From: Octopus vulgaris
Taxonomy: Eukaryota
Reading direction: 5' to 3'
DNA: 64,000 nt
NCBI GenBank assembly: GCA_951406725.2
Contig: OX597834.1
Span: 46,810,001 to 46,874,000, forward strand
The notes beneath the pieces are model-generated. The model was given only the letters and a program-made list of their open reading frames with translations, was not told the origin of the DNA and searched no databases. Below are positions 12,483 to 25,590 of this stretch, piece after piece (positions within the stretch are counted from its first letter, which is position 1; the number at the start of each line of letters is the position of its first letter). A program made the translations under genes and the position numbers.

Positions 12483-13198
12483 TTTGGCAAACTGACAGAA
12501 TTGTTAGTATGTCAGGCAAAATGCTAAGTAGCATTTCTTCCATCTCTTTACATTCAGAGTTCAAAAACTGCCAAGGTTGACTTTACTTCTCATCCATTTC
12601 GAGTAGATAAAACAAATACATTTGAGTAATGGGTCAATGAAAGAATAACCAGTTGGGTACTGGGGTCAATGTAATTGACTAGCCTACTCCCTCAAAATAT
12701 CAGGCCTTGTGCCTGTACTAAAAAGAATAACAGTTATTGTTAAACAAGTTGGCAGAATCATTAGCACTTTTGACAAAATACTTAATGGCATTACTTTTGG
12801 CTCTCTACATTCTGAGTTCAAATTCTATCGAGGTCAACTTTGCCTTTCATCTTTTCAAGGTCAATAAAATAAGTACCACTCAAGTAGTGGGATTCACATA
12901 ATTGACTGACACCCTCCGACCAAAATTGCTGACCTTGCATCAAAATTTGAAGCCATTATTATTGTTATTATTAAGGCAGTGAGCTGACAGGGATGTTAGC
13001 ATGCCGGGCGAAATGCTTAGCAGTATTTCTTCTGTCTTTACGTTCTGAGTTCAAATTCTGCCAAGGTTGATTTTTGACTTTCATCTTTTTGGGGTTGAGG
13101 AAATAAGTACTAGTTGAGCACTGAGGGTCAATGTAATCGACTAGCTCCTCCCCCACCCCTCCCCAAATTTCAGGTCTTGTACCTGTAGTAGAGAGGAT
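12483..13198 (+). mobile_element. Three tandem SINE family A copies
   Basis: Same head and core as 37-268; ATT-rich spacers. Confidence 0.8.
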
Positions 13199-13219
13199 TA
13201 TCATTATCATCATCATCAT

Positions 13220-13560
13220 GTTTAGCACAGCAATTTGGTTGGATGATATAAGAAGTGTCAGCTGTCCGCAGTAAGTGGGCTATGGTAACGTTCCTTATTC
13301 CGATTCCAAGAGCTTTGTAGAGAATTTGTGCAGTTTCAAGCAACACGGTCTTCTGTAGATTCTCTATTTTCATAGTCATTCCTATTTTTTCAATCCTGTT
13401 CATAAGCTTGCCACTTATAGTTCCCAAGCCTTCAACAGCAACAAGTATAGTACTCACCATCTTCAACTACCACAATCTTTTTTTATTTTGTTCTTCAAAC
13501 AATTTTATTTGACCTGCTTCTCTTCTCTTTCTGACACTCTGGGCAGCCATATCATTATGG
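13220..13560 (-). mobile_element. RLE-type (R4/Dong-like) LINE fragment
   Basis: ILVAVEGLGTIS...LQKTVLLETAQIL resembles the C-terminus of the restriction-like endonuclease region. Confidence 0.65.
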
Positions 13561-13599
13561 CTGTCGTCGCATATAGGATGAATCTAATTACCAGCTGAG

Positions 13600-14180
13600 T
13601 CCATTCATCATGTGGAACGCCCCATTACTCACCTTTAACGAGGTAGAGCAGGCAATGTTCCTCTGTCTTGTGATTATGACAAAAGAGGTTGTGTGATGGA
13701 TATGACTGAAAAGATTGAGGAAAGATACCCTCTTCTTCAGTCAAGCCCTCATTAACTTCCTTTTTAAGTTCCACTTGGAAAGCAAAATGAAAGTGAAGAG
13801 GGAAGTGCACTCTCTCCCGATGAATCTGTAAAAAAGTGAGACTTTGGCAAAAATAGTTAAGGGGTAAATGGACCTGCTTTAAGCCTGCACCTCTGGATTG
13901 GAGAACATTTGAGCAAGAGCTGACTCTGGTTGTCAAGGTAACCCTGGCTCTGGTGGCTGCTTTGATTGTTGGGGTTTCTCCTGATTCTGGAGGACTGTAT
14001 CATAAATGCATTCACATACTTTGTATATTACGTGAGCCTTTATCTATTTCAGCCATCTTTTCCCTTTCTTTCCCCTCATCTTTTATGTACCCCCCACACA
14101 CACACACACATACACGCAGACACAAATTATAAACTGTCTTAGTGGTGTTTCCCTCATCCAAGCCCCTGTGGCAAATAAAA
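13600..14180 (+). mobile_element. Degenerate Tx1/L1 3' fragment
   Basis: FLCLVIMTKEVV..QALINF..FHL..KMKVKREV with stops; ends CCCCTGTGGCAAATAAAA. Confidence 0.6.
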
Positions 14181-14229
14181 TCTTCAATACCATTCTTCTT
14201 ATCGTCATCATCTACATCACTCTTCTCAG

Positions 14230-14277
14230 CTCACATTCTTCTGCAAGTCAAAAGATGTCGGAGGAAGTTGTGAATAG
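14230..14277 (+). CDS. Candidate 48-nt exon
   Basis: CTCTTCTCAG acceptor, phase 2-2 SHSSASQKMSEEVVN, weak donor AG|GTGGGA. Confidence 0.25.
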   Translation, partial: LTFFCKSKDVGGSCE

Positions 14278-14292
14278 GTGGGATCCAACTGT

Positions 14293-14363
<71 letters not shown>

Positions 14364-15176
14364 AGATCCATCTTGTATTTTTAGAATTTCGCAGAAGACA
14401 AACAGACAGATATATGACAGAAGATGGAATGGTAACAGTTGATGGAATTAATGAGAAATTGAATGAATGAATGAAAAATATGATGATATAACGAGTGAAA
14501 TGACAATGAGAAAAGAATGAGAGAAATGAAAGAAAGAAAAGGAATGAAAGAACAATAAAGCAAAATGACAAAAAAAAGAAAAAATTGACATAAGTAATTA
14601 AAAGAGAGTAAAAAAAGAAAGAAACAAAAAAGAAAAGGAAGGAAAGAAACAATAATAATGAACACATCTATATACCCTGCTGTATATACATTACATATAC
14701 AGTGTACAGTATATATGCAATACACTTGTAGAGCTGTGATATTGACCAGAGATGCTGAGAAAGTGGATATTTATAAGAATTATGTTAAGTGCACATGCAC
14801 TAGATGACACCAAAAGTACACATATACAGTGTTTACATGTTTTGTGTGTGTGTGTGTGTGTGTGTCGGTCCAGACTCATTTTGTCAGCTAAGATGGTTGC
14901 TGCTCTCTCCCATTGCATTTTTCATTAAATTGAATGTTATTTAACACAAGTTGCTTATCTTAGTGAAGCTCTATGATCTTTCTTTTTTTTTGTTTTTTTT
15001 TTGTTTGGATCCGGACTGACCTAGATCCGAAGAACAGCAACAGCAATAAGAACAACAGCAATCACACCACTACAACTGAGAAATAATAGTTTCTAGTTAA
15101 GGCACAAGCTCACCAATTTTTTGTTGGGGGTGAAAAGGGGTTAGTCAGTTGCATTTACCTCAATACTACACTGGTT

Positions 15177-15650
15177 GTGGAGGCACATTGCTTAGTGGTT
15201 AGGGCATTGGACTCATGATCATAAAATTGTGGTTTCGATTCCTGGATCAGGCGACGCGTTGTGTTCTTGAGCAAAGTACTTCATATCAGGTTGCTCCAGT
15301 CCACTCAGCTGGTAAAAATGAGTAATCCTGCAACAGACTGGCATCCTATCTAGGTATGGAATATATATGCTATGAAAACCAGGAAACTGGCCCTTATGAG
15401 AAGCAAACTTTAAAAAAATACCATCCTGCTATGGAACATAGTGCAACAACAGCTACGTGGAGGCGCAATGGCCCAATGGTTGGGGCAGTGGTCTTGTGGT
15501 CATAAGAACGCAGTTTCGATTCCCAGATCAGGCATTGTGAGTGTTTTTTGAGCTAAAACACCTAGCTCCACGAGGCTCCAGTGGAAGTGGGAGGGATGAA
15601 CCTCGCTGTACTCTTTCACCACAACTTTCTCTCACTCTTTCTTCCTACTT
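15177..15650 (+). mobile_element. Two SINE family C-type copies
   Basis: tRNA heads at ~15177 and ~15457 with GTTTCGATTCC B box. Confidence 0.75.
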
Positions 15651-16149
15651 CTGCCCCAAGGCAGAGGAACCATGGTGTAACTCACTATGGTGTGGTAAAC
15701 TTTCAGACCCTAGTCTAGCTTGCGAATCCTCTCTACCCCAGGATGGTTCAGCTCTCCACACCGTTTACGGAATGAAGAAAACAACGTAGCTTTCGCGCCC
15801 GTGCAACCGCCAGTCTGTCGCGTGTGGAGGGTGGATCTTCAAGTTGCCACATGCATTCTTAGTAGCTTAGAGTAGGATCGAATTAGAGATTATTCTTTGT
15901 GGCTAATGGCGTGAGTCCTGATTGGAAGAAGAAGAAGAACAACAACAACAGCCACCGATCATGTGTTATGAATATAGAAAAGAACCATTTCTCTCATTCA
16001 CACTACTTCCTGCTGGCATTGTTTAGGGGAGGTAGTTAATGTTTACTCTGTGAAATAATTGTTTCTAGTGTATTCCACAAGCCTGAAATATTGGGAAAGG
16101 TTTATGTTTAAGTAGTATTTTTATTGATCCATACCAGCTTTAGCTGCAA

Positions 16150-16720
16150 TTCCAAAGTCTTAAAAAGTCTTGGGTGTGTTGGTGCAGTTGTGGACCCACT
16201 GGACAAAGGTGTTTGGCACTGCTAATATCTGAGCAGGAAGACAAAGGGTCGGGTCTTTAGGTTACTGGTCCTCCCTGTTCTGCTCTATAGTTGCAAGACT
16301 TAGACACTGTCCAGGTCCTTAAGAGTCACACGTAATCCTTTGGTATCAGGACACTTCACAGGATTATGAGCTATCATTGTTCATATTTCATGGCCAACCA
16401 ATGTCTATATGCAGAAACTGGACTGCATCCTGTAATTTGTATGATTTTGGAGCATCAGCTTAGACAGTTTGGTCATGTTGTTCAGTTTTCCAATTTGGAT
16501 CTTGCTTTTCCAATTTTGATCTCTTCTCTGAGGATCCAGCTGGGTTGATGGCTTGTTTTGGTCAGCCACTTGCAACATGGTCAAGGCAGATGAGGAAGTA
16601 TCTTGCAGAGATGGGGGACTGACTGGGACACTGCTCAGAGGGTTGCCTGAAATAGCCCTAGCAGATCCTGACAAATGATTGAGGCAGTGACACACTGCAG
16701 TGGTGCATGCCCCCATACAT
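16150..16720 (+). mobile_element. Degenerate RTE LINE fragment (second family)
   Basis: KTKGRVFRLLVLPVLLYSCKT and QLRQFGHVV motifs. Confidence 0.7.
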
Positions 16721-17436
16721 GAACTGACCCCTGTTGAAATACCTTTCATCACCATCATCATCATCATTTAATGCCCGTTGTCCATGCTGGCATGGGTTTG
16801 ATGGTTTGACCAGAGCTGGCAAGCTGCACCAGACCCCAGTCTGATTTGGCATGGTTTCTACAACTGGATGCCCATCCTAACACCAACCACTTTACAAAGT
16901 GGCACTGCATGGGCGCTTGTATGTGACACCACATGAATACTTTTACATGATGCGGCACAGACACTTTTACATGGCCCCACATGAGCACTTTTAGTTGTTA
17001 CTACCACAAGTGCTTTACCCTACCAGAGGGTCTGCTGCTTAGTATGGGATCTTCTTGAGCACCTTTGTTTCAATTTTGGAAATAATGAAATAACTGTAAT
17101 TATTGACTTCAAATTTTGGCACAAGGCCAGCACTTTCGGGGTAGGATGTAAGTAGATTTCATCTGGAGTGGCTGTGTGGTAAGTAGCTTGCTTACCAACC
17201 ACGTCGTTCCAGGTTCAGTCCCACTGCATGGCACCTTGGACAAGTATCTTCTACTATAGCCTTGGGCCGACCAATGTTTTGTTAATATGGAATTTTTTAT
17301 GGAAGATTTCATTTAATTTCAATCGCTTTAAAACAGAAAGTTTGTGTCATGCCACCAAGGGTGGTCCAGGTGCATTGATACTAAAAGGGGTGCATGGCAC
17401 TCATGCTCCACAGTCTTATTGCTATTGACTCTAGAT

Positions 17437-17735
17437 CAGTGGTTCCCAAAGTGGGCAGTACTCTCCCCTTCGTGGGGTGAGGTGGAAGCTCCAGGGAGAC
17501 GTTGAAGAAAAGTGGGGTGATAATGGGGTGACCAAAGGCAGGGTGGGGTGAGGCCATGGATGTAAAAAACAACAAAATAATGGGTTGACGAGTTTAAGTT
17601 TTATTTGTATACTACAGTTGTTTTGAATTTGCTGCAGAAAGTGTTCTATGTTTGTGGTAGTGGTGGGGGAAGGGCACCAGGAATGTGGCCTTTTTTCTAA
17701 GGGGGCAGCAGCCTGTAAAAGTATGGGAACCACTG
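17437..17735. mobile_element. hAT (Charlie-like) MITE
   Basis: TIRs CAGTGGTTCCCA / TGGGAACCACTG; perfect 8-bp TSD CTCTAGAT (17429-17436, 17736-17743). Confidence 0.9.
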
Positions 17736-18242
17736 CTCTAGATTTACACTGTAAACCCCACCCCAACTCCTTACCCGCTCATGCAACTATTTACACAAGG
17801 ATTGTCTCAATATTTTGTTAGCAGCCAGAGTATTTTCCTAGATTTTGTGTTTCTCCTGGGGTGCTGTAGATGTGGGTGGCAGTAGTGTAGTGGGTAGGCT
17901 TTGTCTTGTGTTTCATAGTAATTAAAGTATTACCTACCCCTTTGAGATCCCTTACCCTATACAACAGTACTATGATATAATGAGCCAAAAAGGGTCCTTA
18001 TGCAAGGCATAGGAATCCATATTTGGTACCAAAGACAAATTTCAAGTACAAAAGTGTTTGGTGGGTGGGAAGAGGCTGAGAAGGTATGGTTGTATGATTA
18101 AGAAGTTTGTATCCTAACCATGTGGGTTCAGTCCCTCTGCATGGCACCTTTGGCGAGTGTCTTCTATTACAGCCATGGGCCAACCAAAACCTTGTGAGTG
18201 GATTTGGTAGACAGAAACTGAAAGAAGCTCATTGTATATATA

Positions 18243-18500
18243 GTGGAGACATGTGGCTTAGTGGTTAGGGCATTGGGACTCGTGATTGTAAGATTGTGGT
18301 TTCATGTCCTGGACCAGGCAACACATTATGTTCGTGAGCAAAACACTTCATTTCACATTGCTCCAGTCCAATCAGCTGGTAAAAGTGTGTGATCCTGTGA
18401 TGGACTGGCATCCTGTCTGGGTGGGGACTTTATATGCCATGGAACCCATGAAACTGGCCCTTGTGAATTTACATACATGACTTGAGAAGGTAACCTTACC
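18243..18500 (+). mobile_element. SINE family C
   Basis: Homologous to 3118-3355. Confidence 0.8.
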
Positions 18501-19730
18501 TTTACTTTACATTGTGTGTGTGTGTGTATGTGTGTGTACGTCTTTATCATGATATCATGGAGTAGTCATAACTGAGCATTGCTGTCATGCATGTGATGTC
18601 CCTTATTTCCAGTCTTCCATGGAAACATGTCTGGACATGGGGAAAACAAGCATGGGTTGGCAACAGGAAGGGCATCCATTAACCCTTAGAAAATTTGCTT
18701 CAACAAATTCCATCCGAATCATGCTAGCAACAACAACCCCATCGTCTAAAACACAAACTCCTAATTTTTTTACCATACCCTGGTAAAAACAAATACCAGT
18801 TTTTGTCTGATGCTGGAGTTAAGAAACATCAAACCAGGTTAGTACTTAGATCAGCGACCATTAGCCTGGTGCTGGCTGGCAAGCATCTTAAAATTTTCTG
18901 AATCATTGAGGGAGCCTCTGTGTGGTCGTTTGAACTGCTAGAAGTAGCAGCCAAAATGCCATCAAATCATATTTTACTTACTTAAATAAAGAAAGGATGC
19001 ATTAGATTCTCCTGTATGTGGTCCTGTGTAGAGGACTAATGGGATGGCCATTGTTGGGATATTACTAATCATAGCTAAGCTCAATTAAGGCTGACCTGGG
19101 TCTAAATTTCAACAAAAACATACATATAGATAAAGTGTTGTTGCTTACTTGAAGTATTTTCATACAGAAGTAAAATAACAAAATAATGAAGATGGATAGC
19201 TTCTTACAATTTGGAAATGGTTAGTTTAAGAACCTTTATTCTTAAACTAAGTTGGGCAGTTTCTTCATGAGGAAGAGCAGCATGCCCTCAACTAGCAATG
19301 TAAACCAATCCTTGACACTGCAGGATTTTTCTTCCTGCCTGTCCTTTGTAGTTTCAATCTCACTCTTTAGACTGACCACAGTGGTTCAGCAAGCTTAGAC
19401 GGCTGTAGTGACCAGCAAACTGTGGGTTTTACATTGGAGTGGTTTTCTCCTAGGTGAAATAAACTTGCAAAGGGGTGCTGAAAAAAGGCCCTGGCTTTGG
19501 GTTAAAGAAAATACAGGAGGATCGGTTAATTATGATTTTATTCAACATATTCCCCTCTCAGATTCACACATTTATTGCAGTGGCCCTTCAGTTTTTCTAA
19601 GCCCTATAGAAGAACTTGGAAGGGTGGTAACTACCTCCATTGATGCAAACACTTAAACAGACATCTTGGGGTCACTGTTTGCACAACACTCAACATGGCC
19701 AGAACTACATAAAGTTACATCTTTTTAATC

Positions 19731-20163
19731 CAGTAGTTCTCAACCAGAATCCATAAGGCTCTTGTCAGGTCCTTTTTGGTTGTTAAAATTTATCTGCAAT
19801 AAATTGGTTATAAACAATTGCAGCGTGGAATGTATTTATAAGCCATTTAAGAAACACACAAAAACTGTTAGATTCACTTCAACATTTAACACAACACATT
19901 GCCTGATCCAGGAATTAAAACCACAATCTTACCATCATTAGTCCAACACCCTAACCACTAAGCCACGCGCCATCACATTATATTTCTACTATACACAAAA
20001 TATTTTATTAGCTTTTTTTTCATACAGTTCCTAATAATATTTAATTATAAAAATATGATATGACTTTTTTAAATATCAAATGGCTAAGAGGGTCCATCTG
20101 AGTAAAATAGGACTTAAAGGGTTCCATAGGTAAAAGAAAAAGAAAAATGGTAGAGAAGCACTG
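19731..20163. mobile_element. Degenerate hAT MITE with nested SINE C fragment
   Basis: CAGTAGTTCTCAACC / GGTAGAGAAGCACTG; imperfect TSD TTTTAATC / CTTTAATT. Confidence 0.6.
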
Positions 20164-21465
20164 CTTTAATTTCTCTACTTCTGATGATGAGCTTTTGGGC
20201 CTGAAATATATAATGGTCACTAAACTTTCTCTTCTTGCATTATATGAAGCTCCTCCCCATCTTCATTATTTTGTTAATTTTCTAATTATGCATATAAATA
20301 ATTCTCAAAGTTAACAAGGGGGCCTCTACATGGTCACTTGGTTTGCTAGAAATAGCAGTCAATTCTCCTTCAAATCACATCTTTTTTTTTTTTTTGCACT
20401 CCATCAGTTACAACAAAAAATGTTGCAGTTGATCCAATCAACGGAACAGCCTGCTCAGGAAATTAATGTGTAAATGGCTGAGTATTCCACTGACATATGT
20501 ACCTTCAATGTAGTTCTCGGAGAGATTTAGCTTGACACAGAATGTGACAAGGCTGGTCATTTGAAATACAAGTACAACTCATTCTTGCCAGCTGAGTGGG
20601 CTGGAGCAACATGAAATAAAGTGTCTTGCTCAAGGACATACTGTGTTGCTAGGAATTGAACTCTCAACCTTAAAATCGTGAGCCAAATACCCCTAACCAC
20701 CAAGCCATGCACCTTCACATCTTGGTAGGTTAAATAATTAAAAGCAAACAAAATTGCCCTCAACGAGGCAGTGATCCTCATGGAGACAGTCACAGGTGAC
20801 CAAGACCTTTAGTGATAGTTCGGTGCTCAAGAAAACCTGTCAAGCCAAGCGAGATTGTAGTCATGGCCGATGCCGGTGGCACTTACAAAGCACCCACTAC
20901 ACTTTTGGAGTGGTTGGCATTAGGAAGGACATCCATCTGTAGAAACCATGTCAGATCAGATTGGAACCTGATGTAGCCATATGGTTCGCCAGTCCTCAGT
21001 CAAATTGTCCCCAGCCTACCCGTTTTCAATCAAACTGTCCAACCCATGCCAGCATGGAAAACAAACATAAAATAATGATGATGATGATGAAATTAGGTAA
21101 TGCAGTCCTTGGGTCTGTCATGAGCGTTAAGATTCATGATGCCATAGCTGAACTTGGTTTCCATGACATATAAGTGTCTGAGATTGCTTAGCACCACCTG
21201 GAATGGGATGCTAGTCCATGTCAGGGTTAAGAACTCAATGCACTACATGGTCTTGGAATTGAAACCATGATTTATGGTTGTGAGTGCCACATCCTAACCA
21301 CTAGGCCACACTCCTTCATAATGCATTCCTACATGGCTCTAAGACAAACAGGATGGTCATTGTTGGAAAGCTTGTGATTGTAGATATGTTCAGTGAAGGC
21401 TGATATGGAACTAAACAAACAACAAAAGCACACACACATATATGAATATGCAAACATATACATGG

Positions 21466-21527
<62 letters not shown>

Positions 21528-22428
21528 TATGTGAGATAAAAAGAACTTTGTATTTGTTGTATATGTGTAAAAGAGAGAAATGTGCAGATGGCACCAACAC
21601 CCTTTTATCAGCTTTCCACTTGAGGAGAAAATAACAGAAACTGTATTGTGTGTGTGCGTGCACATTCGTGGGCGTGTGTTTTCTGTGTATACATATATAT
21701 CACATCATCATCATAATCATCAACTTTTAACGTCTGTTTTCCATGCTGGCATGGGTTGGATGGTTTCACATAAACTGGTAAGGTCAGGGGCTGCACCAGG
21801 TTCCAAAGTGTCTGTTTTGGCTTATTTCCTACGGCTGGATACCCAACAACTCCACAGAGTTAACTGGGGGCTTTTTTTACATGGCACCATCACCAGTACT
21901 TTTTAAGTGGTACCAGCAACACAAGGTTTCAGTTTCAGTCCCACTGTGTGGCACCTTGGGCATGTTACTTCTACAATACTCCAGGCCACCGAATGGGTTA
22001 AGAGTAAATCTGATAGATGGAAACTGTTTTGTGTATATGTATGTCTCCACTCCACTGCTAGACAATCAGTGATGGTTTGTTTATGTCCCTGTAATATAGC
22101 ATACAATTAGTATCTGACTTTAAAAAATATATATACTTAAGTCTTAGGGTTGAATTGTTCTATTAAATCCCTCAAGGAGTGCCCCAGCATGGCAACAGTC
22201 CAATAACTGAATCAAGCAAAATAAAGGAAAAGATATATATACATGGTGATATGGTAAGAAGCTTGCTTCTGAACCACATGGTTCGGGGTTCAGTCCCACT
22301 ATGCAGCACCTTGAGCAAGTGTCTTCTACTATAGTCTCAGGGCAACCAAAGCTTTGTGAGTGCAATTGGTAGACGGAAACTGAAAGACACCAATAGTGTG
22401 TGTGTGTGTATGTATATATATATATATA

Positions 22429-23286
22429 TATATGCATATATTTTATTAACATATTATACGACTAAACGCACGCACCCTATTAAGTAAGATTGTTCTGTTT
22501 ATCAAGTTCGCCTTGATATTAACTCTCACGCGACTCTGCATCTTTCTTTCTTTCTTTCTCTCCCATTCCCTTTTTTCGTCTTTTTTCCCTCACTTAACTT
22601 GTCTCTTCCTCTCTCTCTCCCCCTCACTGTTCTTCATGGTCTCCTCGCACCATTCCCCTTCTTCTCTCTCTTCCTCTTGCTCCTCCTCCCCCTTTCCCGT
22701 CGTCCATCTGCGACGTACTTCCGTCGTAACTGCTGTCCCGTCCTTTCTTGCCTGCCTTCTAAGGCCACTGGTCGACATCTTCCTCTCTCGTCGTCCACTA
22801 TAATCCAGCGTTTGCAATACTTTTTTCGTCTGGCGTTAACAGCCCTTCTTATCTTGTTCTCCTTGTCCTGTCTCTCACTGTTATATATTTATTTTTCCAC
22901 TGTTTATATATATATTTTTTACTGTTTATATGTTTGTACTGTCGTTACCGTCTTGCTTTTTTTTACCCCTCTGCGACAAGATCTCAGAATTTTAATTGAT
23001 TTGCTTTTCGCGGGAAGGAATTTTTCATTCGAAGTATACGTCTCGCTTTTATCCTTCGAAACGTTTAGTAGATGAAACTTTAGCGACTGAAGAAGGGGAT
23101 TTTTCGTTGTGCTTATTGTCCTGTATCTCCTTTTTTTGCTTGTCTTGTTCCTTGGTTTGTGTCTATGTTTTTCGTCTCTCTATGTGTTCGACGTCCTTTT
23201 GGTGTCCTGTACACATATATGCGTGTATATGTACATGTAGAGGTAGGTACGTACATATATGTTTATATATATGCATATATTTTATT

Positions 23287-23293
<7 letters not shown>
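22429..23293 (+). mobile_element. Putative non-autonomous Penelope-like element
   Basis: Direct repeat TATATGCATATATTTTATTAACATAT at both ends within (AT)n; CpG-rich interior; hammerhead-like motif at 23051-23100. Confidence 0.55.
23051..23100 (+). ncRNA. Permuted (type II-like) minimal hammerhead-like motif
   Basis: ATCCTT-C-GAAACGTT-(21 nt)-CTGAAGA-A-GGGGAT; ATCCTT pairs with GGGGAT (two G-U pairs). Confidence 0.45.
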
Positions 23294-23322
<29 letters not shown>

Positions 23323-23734
23323 TGTCCCCCCCACCATCGCTTGACAACCAATGTCGGTGTGTTTATGTCCCTGTAACTTAGCCGTTCAGCAAAAAGGACT
23401 AATAGAATAAGTATTAGGCTTACAAGGAATAAGTCATGGGAGTGATTTCTTTGACTAATAGGTGGTGCTCTAGCTTGGCTACAGTCAAAATGACTGAAAC
23501 AAGTAAAAGAATAGAAGAATATATATCATCATCATCATCATCATCATCGTTTAGCGTCCGTTTTCCATGCTAGCATGGGTTGGACGGTTCTACTGGGGTC
23601 TGTGAAGCCAGAAGGCTTCATCAGGCCCAGTCAAATCTGGCAGTGTTTCTACGGCTGGATGCCCTTCCTAACGCCAACCACTCCGTGAGTGTAGTGGGTG
23701 CTTTTTACGTGCCAATATATATATATATATATAT

Positions 23735-23977
23735 ACCGGAGTAAACACATAAATGTGAAACAAGGTGGAAAAAAGACTACTCAAATACCAGTGGTAGAGT
23801 AATATGCTTTATTTAAAGCAGCAGAAAATTCAACAAAACCTGTTACTCTGAGTTTACCGTTGCCGTTCATCGGACACTTTTTGCTAGAATTCTAGCAAAA
23901 ACTGTTCGATGAACGGCAACTGAAAACTCAGAGTAACAGGTTTTGTTGAAATTTCTGCTGCTTTAAATAAAGTATAT
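23735..23977. mobile_element. Fold-back element with two inverted hammerhead-like motifs
   Basis: Imperfect palindrome ~23802-23977 centred on GAATTC (23887-23892); (AT)n on both sides. Confidence 0.75.
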
Positions 23978-23981
23978 ATAT

Positions 23982-24012
<31 letters not shown>

Positions 24013-24018
24013 TATATG

Positions 24019-24049
<31 letters not shown>

Positions 24050-24575
24050 ATGTGCAAAACAGGCTTCTTTCAGTTTCTGTTTACCAAATCCGGTCACAAG
24101 TATAATTGTATATTTATGTATATTTATACATATGCTTGCATTTACAATATAAAAACAGCAGTTTTATACGCATGTATTTATAGAAACTTGTGCACTTGGT
24201 GTGTATTTTTATCTACAAAATGCATCACCTGTTCAAAGGAGGGCCAATGTGCTATATTACCAGTTTAGAGAACCAGATACCAGACCACCCCCACTTCTTG
24301 CAACAGTCACCTCTATCTCTGATGTAACAGTGTGATACCACTTTATACAACACATGCTGAGAAAATAGTTCAGATATAATTGTCGTTAATAAAGGTTTCG
24401 GAGCTGATGAAGCAGTTAGGAATTCTGAAATTCAGCACCAATTAAATAAGATTTTCGTTTACTAAAACAGCATGCAAAGCTTGTTGTTGTTGTGTGTGTT
24501 TATGGGTATGTATACTTAAATATATCTATATGTATATGTGTGACTGAAGTCGCATGGCTGAAATGAGTAAAAGAG

Positions 24576-24612
<37 letters not shown>

Positions 24613-24614
24613 AC

Positions 24615-25000
24615 AGGAGTGGGTGTGTGGTAAGTAGCTTGCTTACCAACAACATGATTCCAGGTTCAGTCCCACTGCGTGGCACCTTGGGCAAGTGTCT
24701 TAACTATAGCCTCGGGATGACCAAAGCCTTGTGAATGGATTTGGTAGACAGAAACTGAAAGAAGCCCATCGTATATATGTGTATATGTGTGTGTGTTTGT
24801 GTGTCTGTGTTAGTCCACCACAACATCGCTTGACAACCGATGCTGGTGTGTTTACATCTCCGTAACTTAGCAGTTCGGCAAAAGAGACCAATAGAATAAG
24901 TACTAGGCTTACAAAGAATAATTCCTCGGGTCGATTTCCTTGACTAAAGGCAGTGCTCCAGCCACAGTCAAATGACTGATACAAGTAAAAGAGTAAAGAG
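24615..25000 (+). mobile_element. SINE family B
   Basis: Full head, microsatellite and tail. Confidence 0.9.
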
Positions 25001-25096
25001 TATATACACACACACACATTCATTATATATACATATATATTATGTATGTATATATGTATACATACATACATATGTATGTAAATGTGTGTGTGTGTA

Positions 25097-25590
25097 TACA
25101 GAGTGCGGTGAATAAACTGTCTTCTAAATTAAGCAAAAATGAAAATAACATTGACATCTCATTTTAACAGATATATTTACCAAAATTACGTGGGAATGTC
25201 TTGAAATACTAAAAAGTCAATTCATTCAATAAAATCTGTGTTGGCTTCAACCATAGCCTCCAGACGACTTTGGAATTTTCTGCTACTCCTCTGGATGGTC
25301 TCCTTGTGAATGCTGCCATAATCCTTGCCTTCAGTTCATCTTTGGTGTTACAAGGAGTTTTGTTGGTCTCTCGCCCAACTGTGCCCGACAGATAATAACC
25401 AAGAGGGTTGCAGTCTGGGGCGTTAGGTGGCCAGATATTAGGTGTGATGTGGTCATAGAAATTGTCTGACAGCCATGACTGGGTTCTCCTGCTTATGAGG
25501 CATGGTGCAAAGTCCTGTTGTCAGACATAGGGTCTTCCAGCCAGCACCTTTTTCACCCAGGGTAGCCCTACCTCCTCCAGGCACTTATTC
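25097..25590 (-). mobile_element. Tc1/mariner-superfamily (maT-like) transposase remnant with one terminus
   Basis: QQDFAPC...WPPNAPDCNPL on the minus strand; TA-CAG terminus at 25097. Confidence 0.8.

Larger units (their letters stand above)
22246..23520 (+). mobile_element. SINE family B split by an ~840-bp insertion in its internal microsatellite
   Basis: Head 22246-22400 and tail 23320-23520 join into the family B consensus. Confidence 0.85.

Noticed and set aside
15650-15940. CpG-rich segment ending in (GAA)n, considered as an exon or HDV-like ribozyme
   Set aside because: Stops in the plus-strand frames and no nested pseudoknot found; more likely a decayed LINE 3' end, but not classifiable.
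20186-20215. CTGATGA...GAAAT hammerhead-like string
   Set aside because: Stems I and II do not pair convincingly; at most a highly decayed copy.
24404-24440. CTGATGAAGCAG...CTGAAA hammerhead-like string
   Set aside because: Needs an indel to form stem II plus GAAA, and has no clear stem III or stem I.
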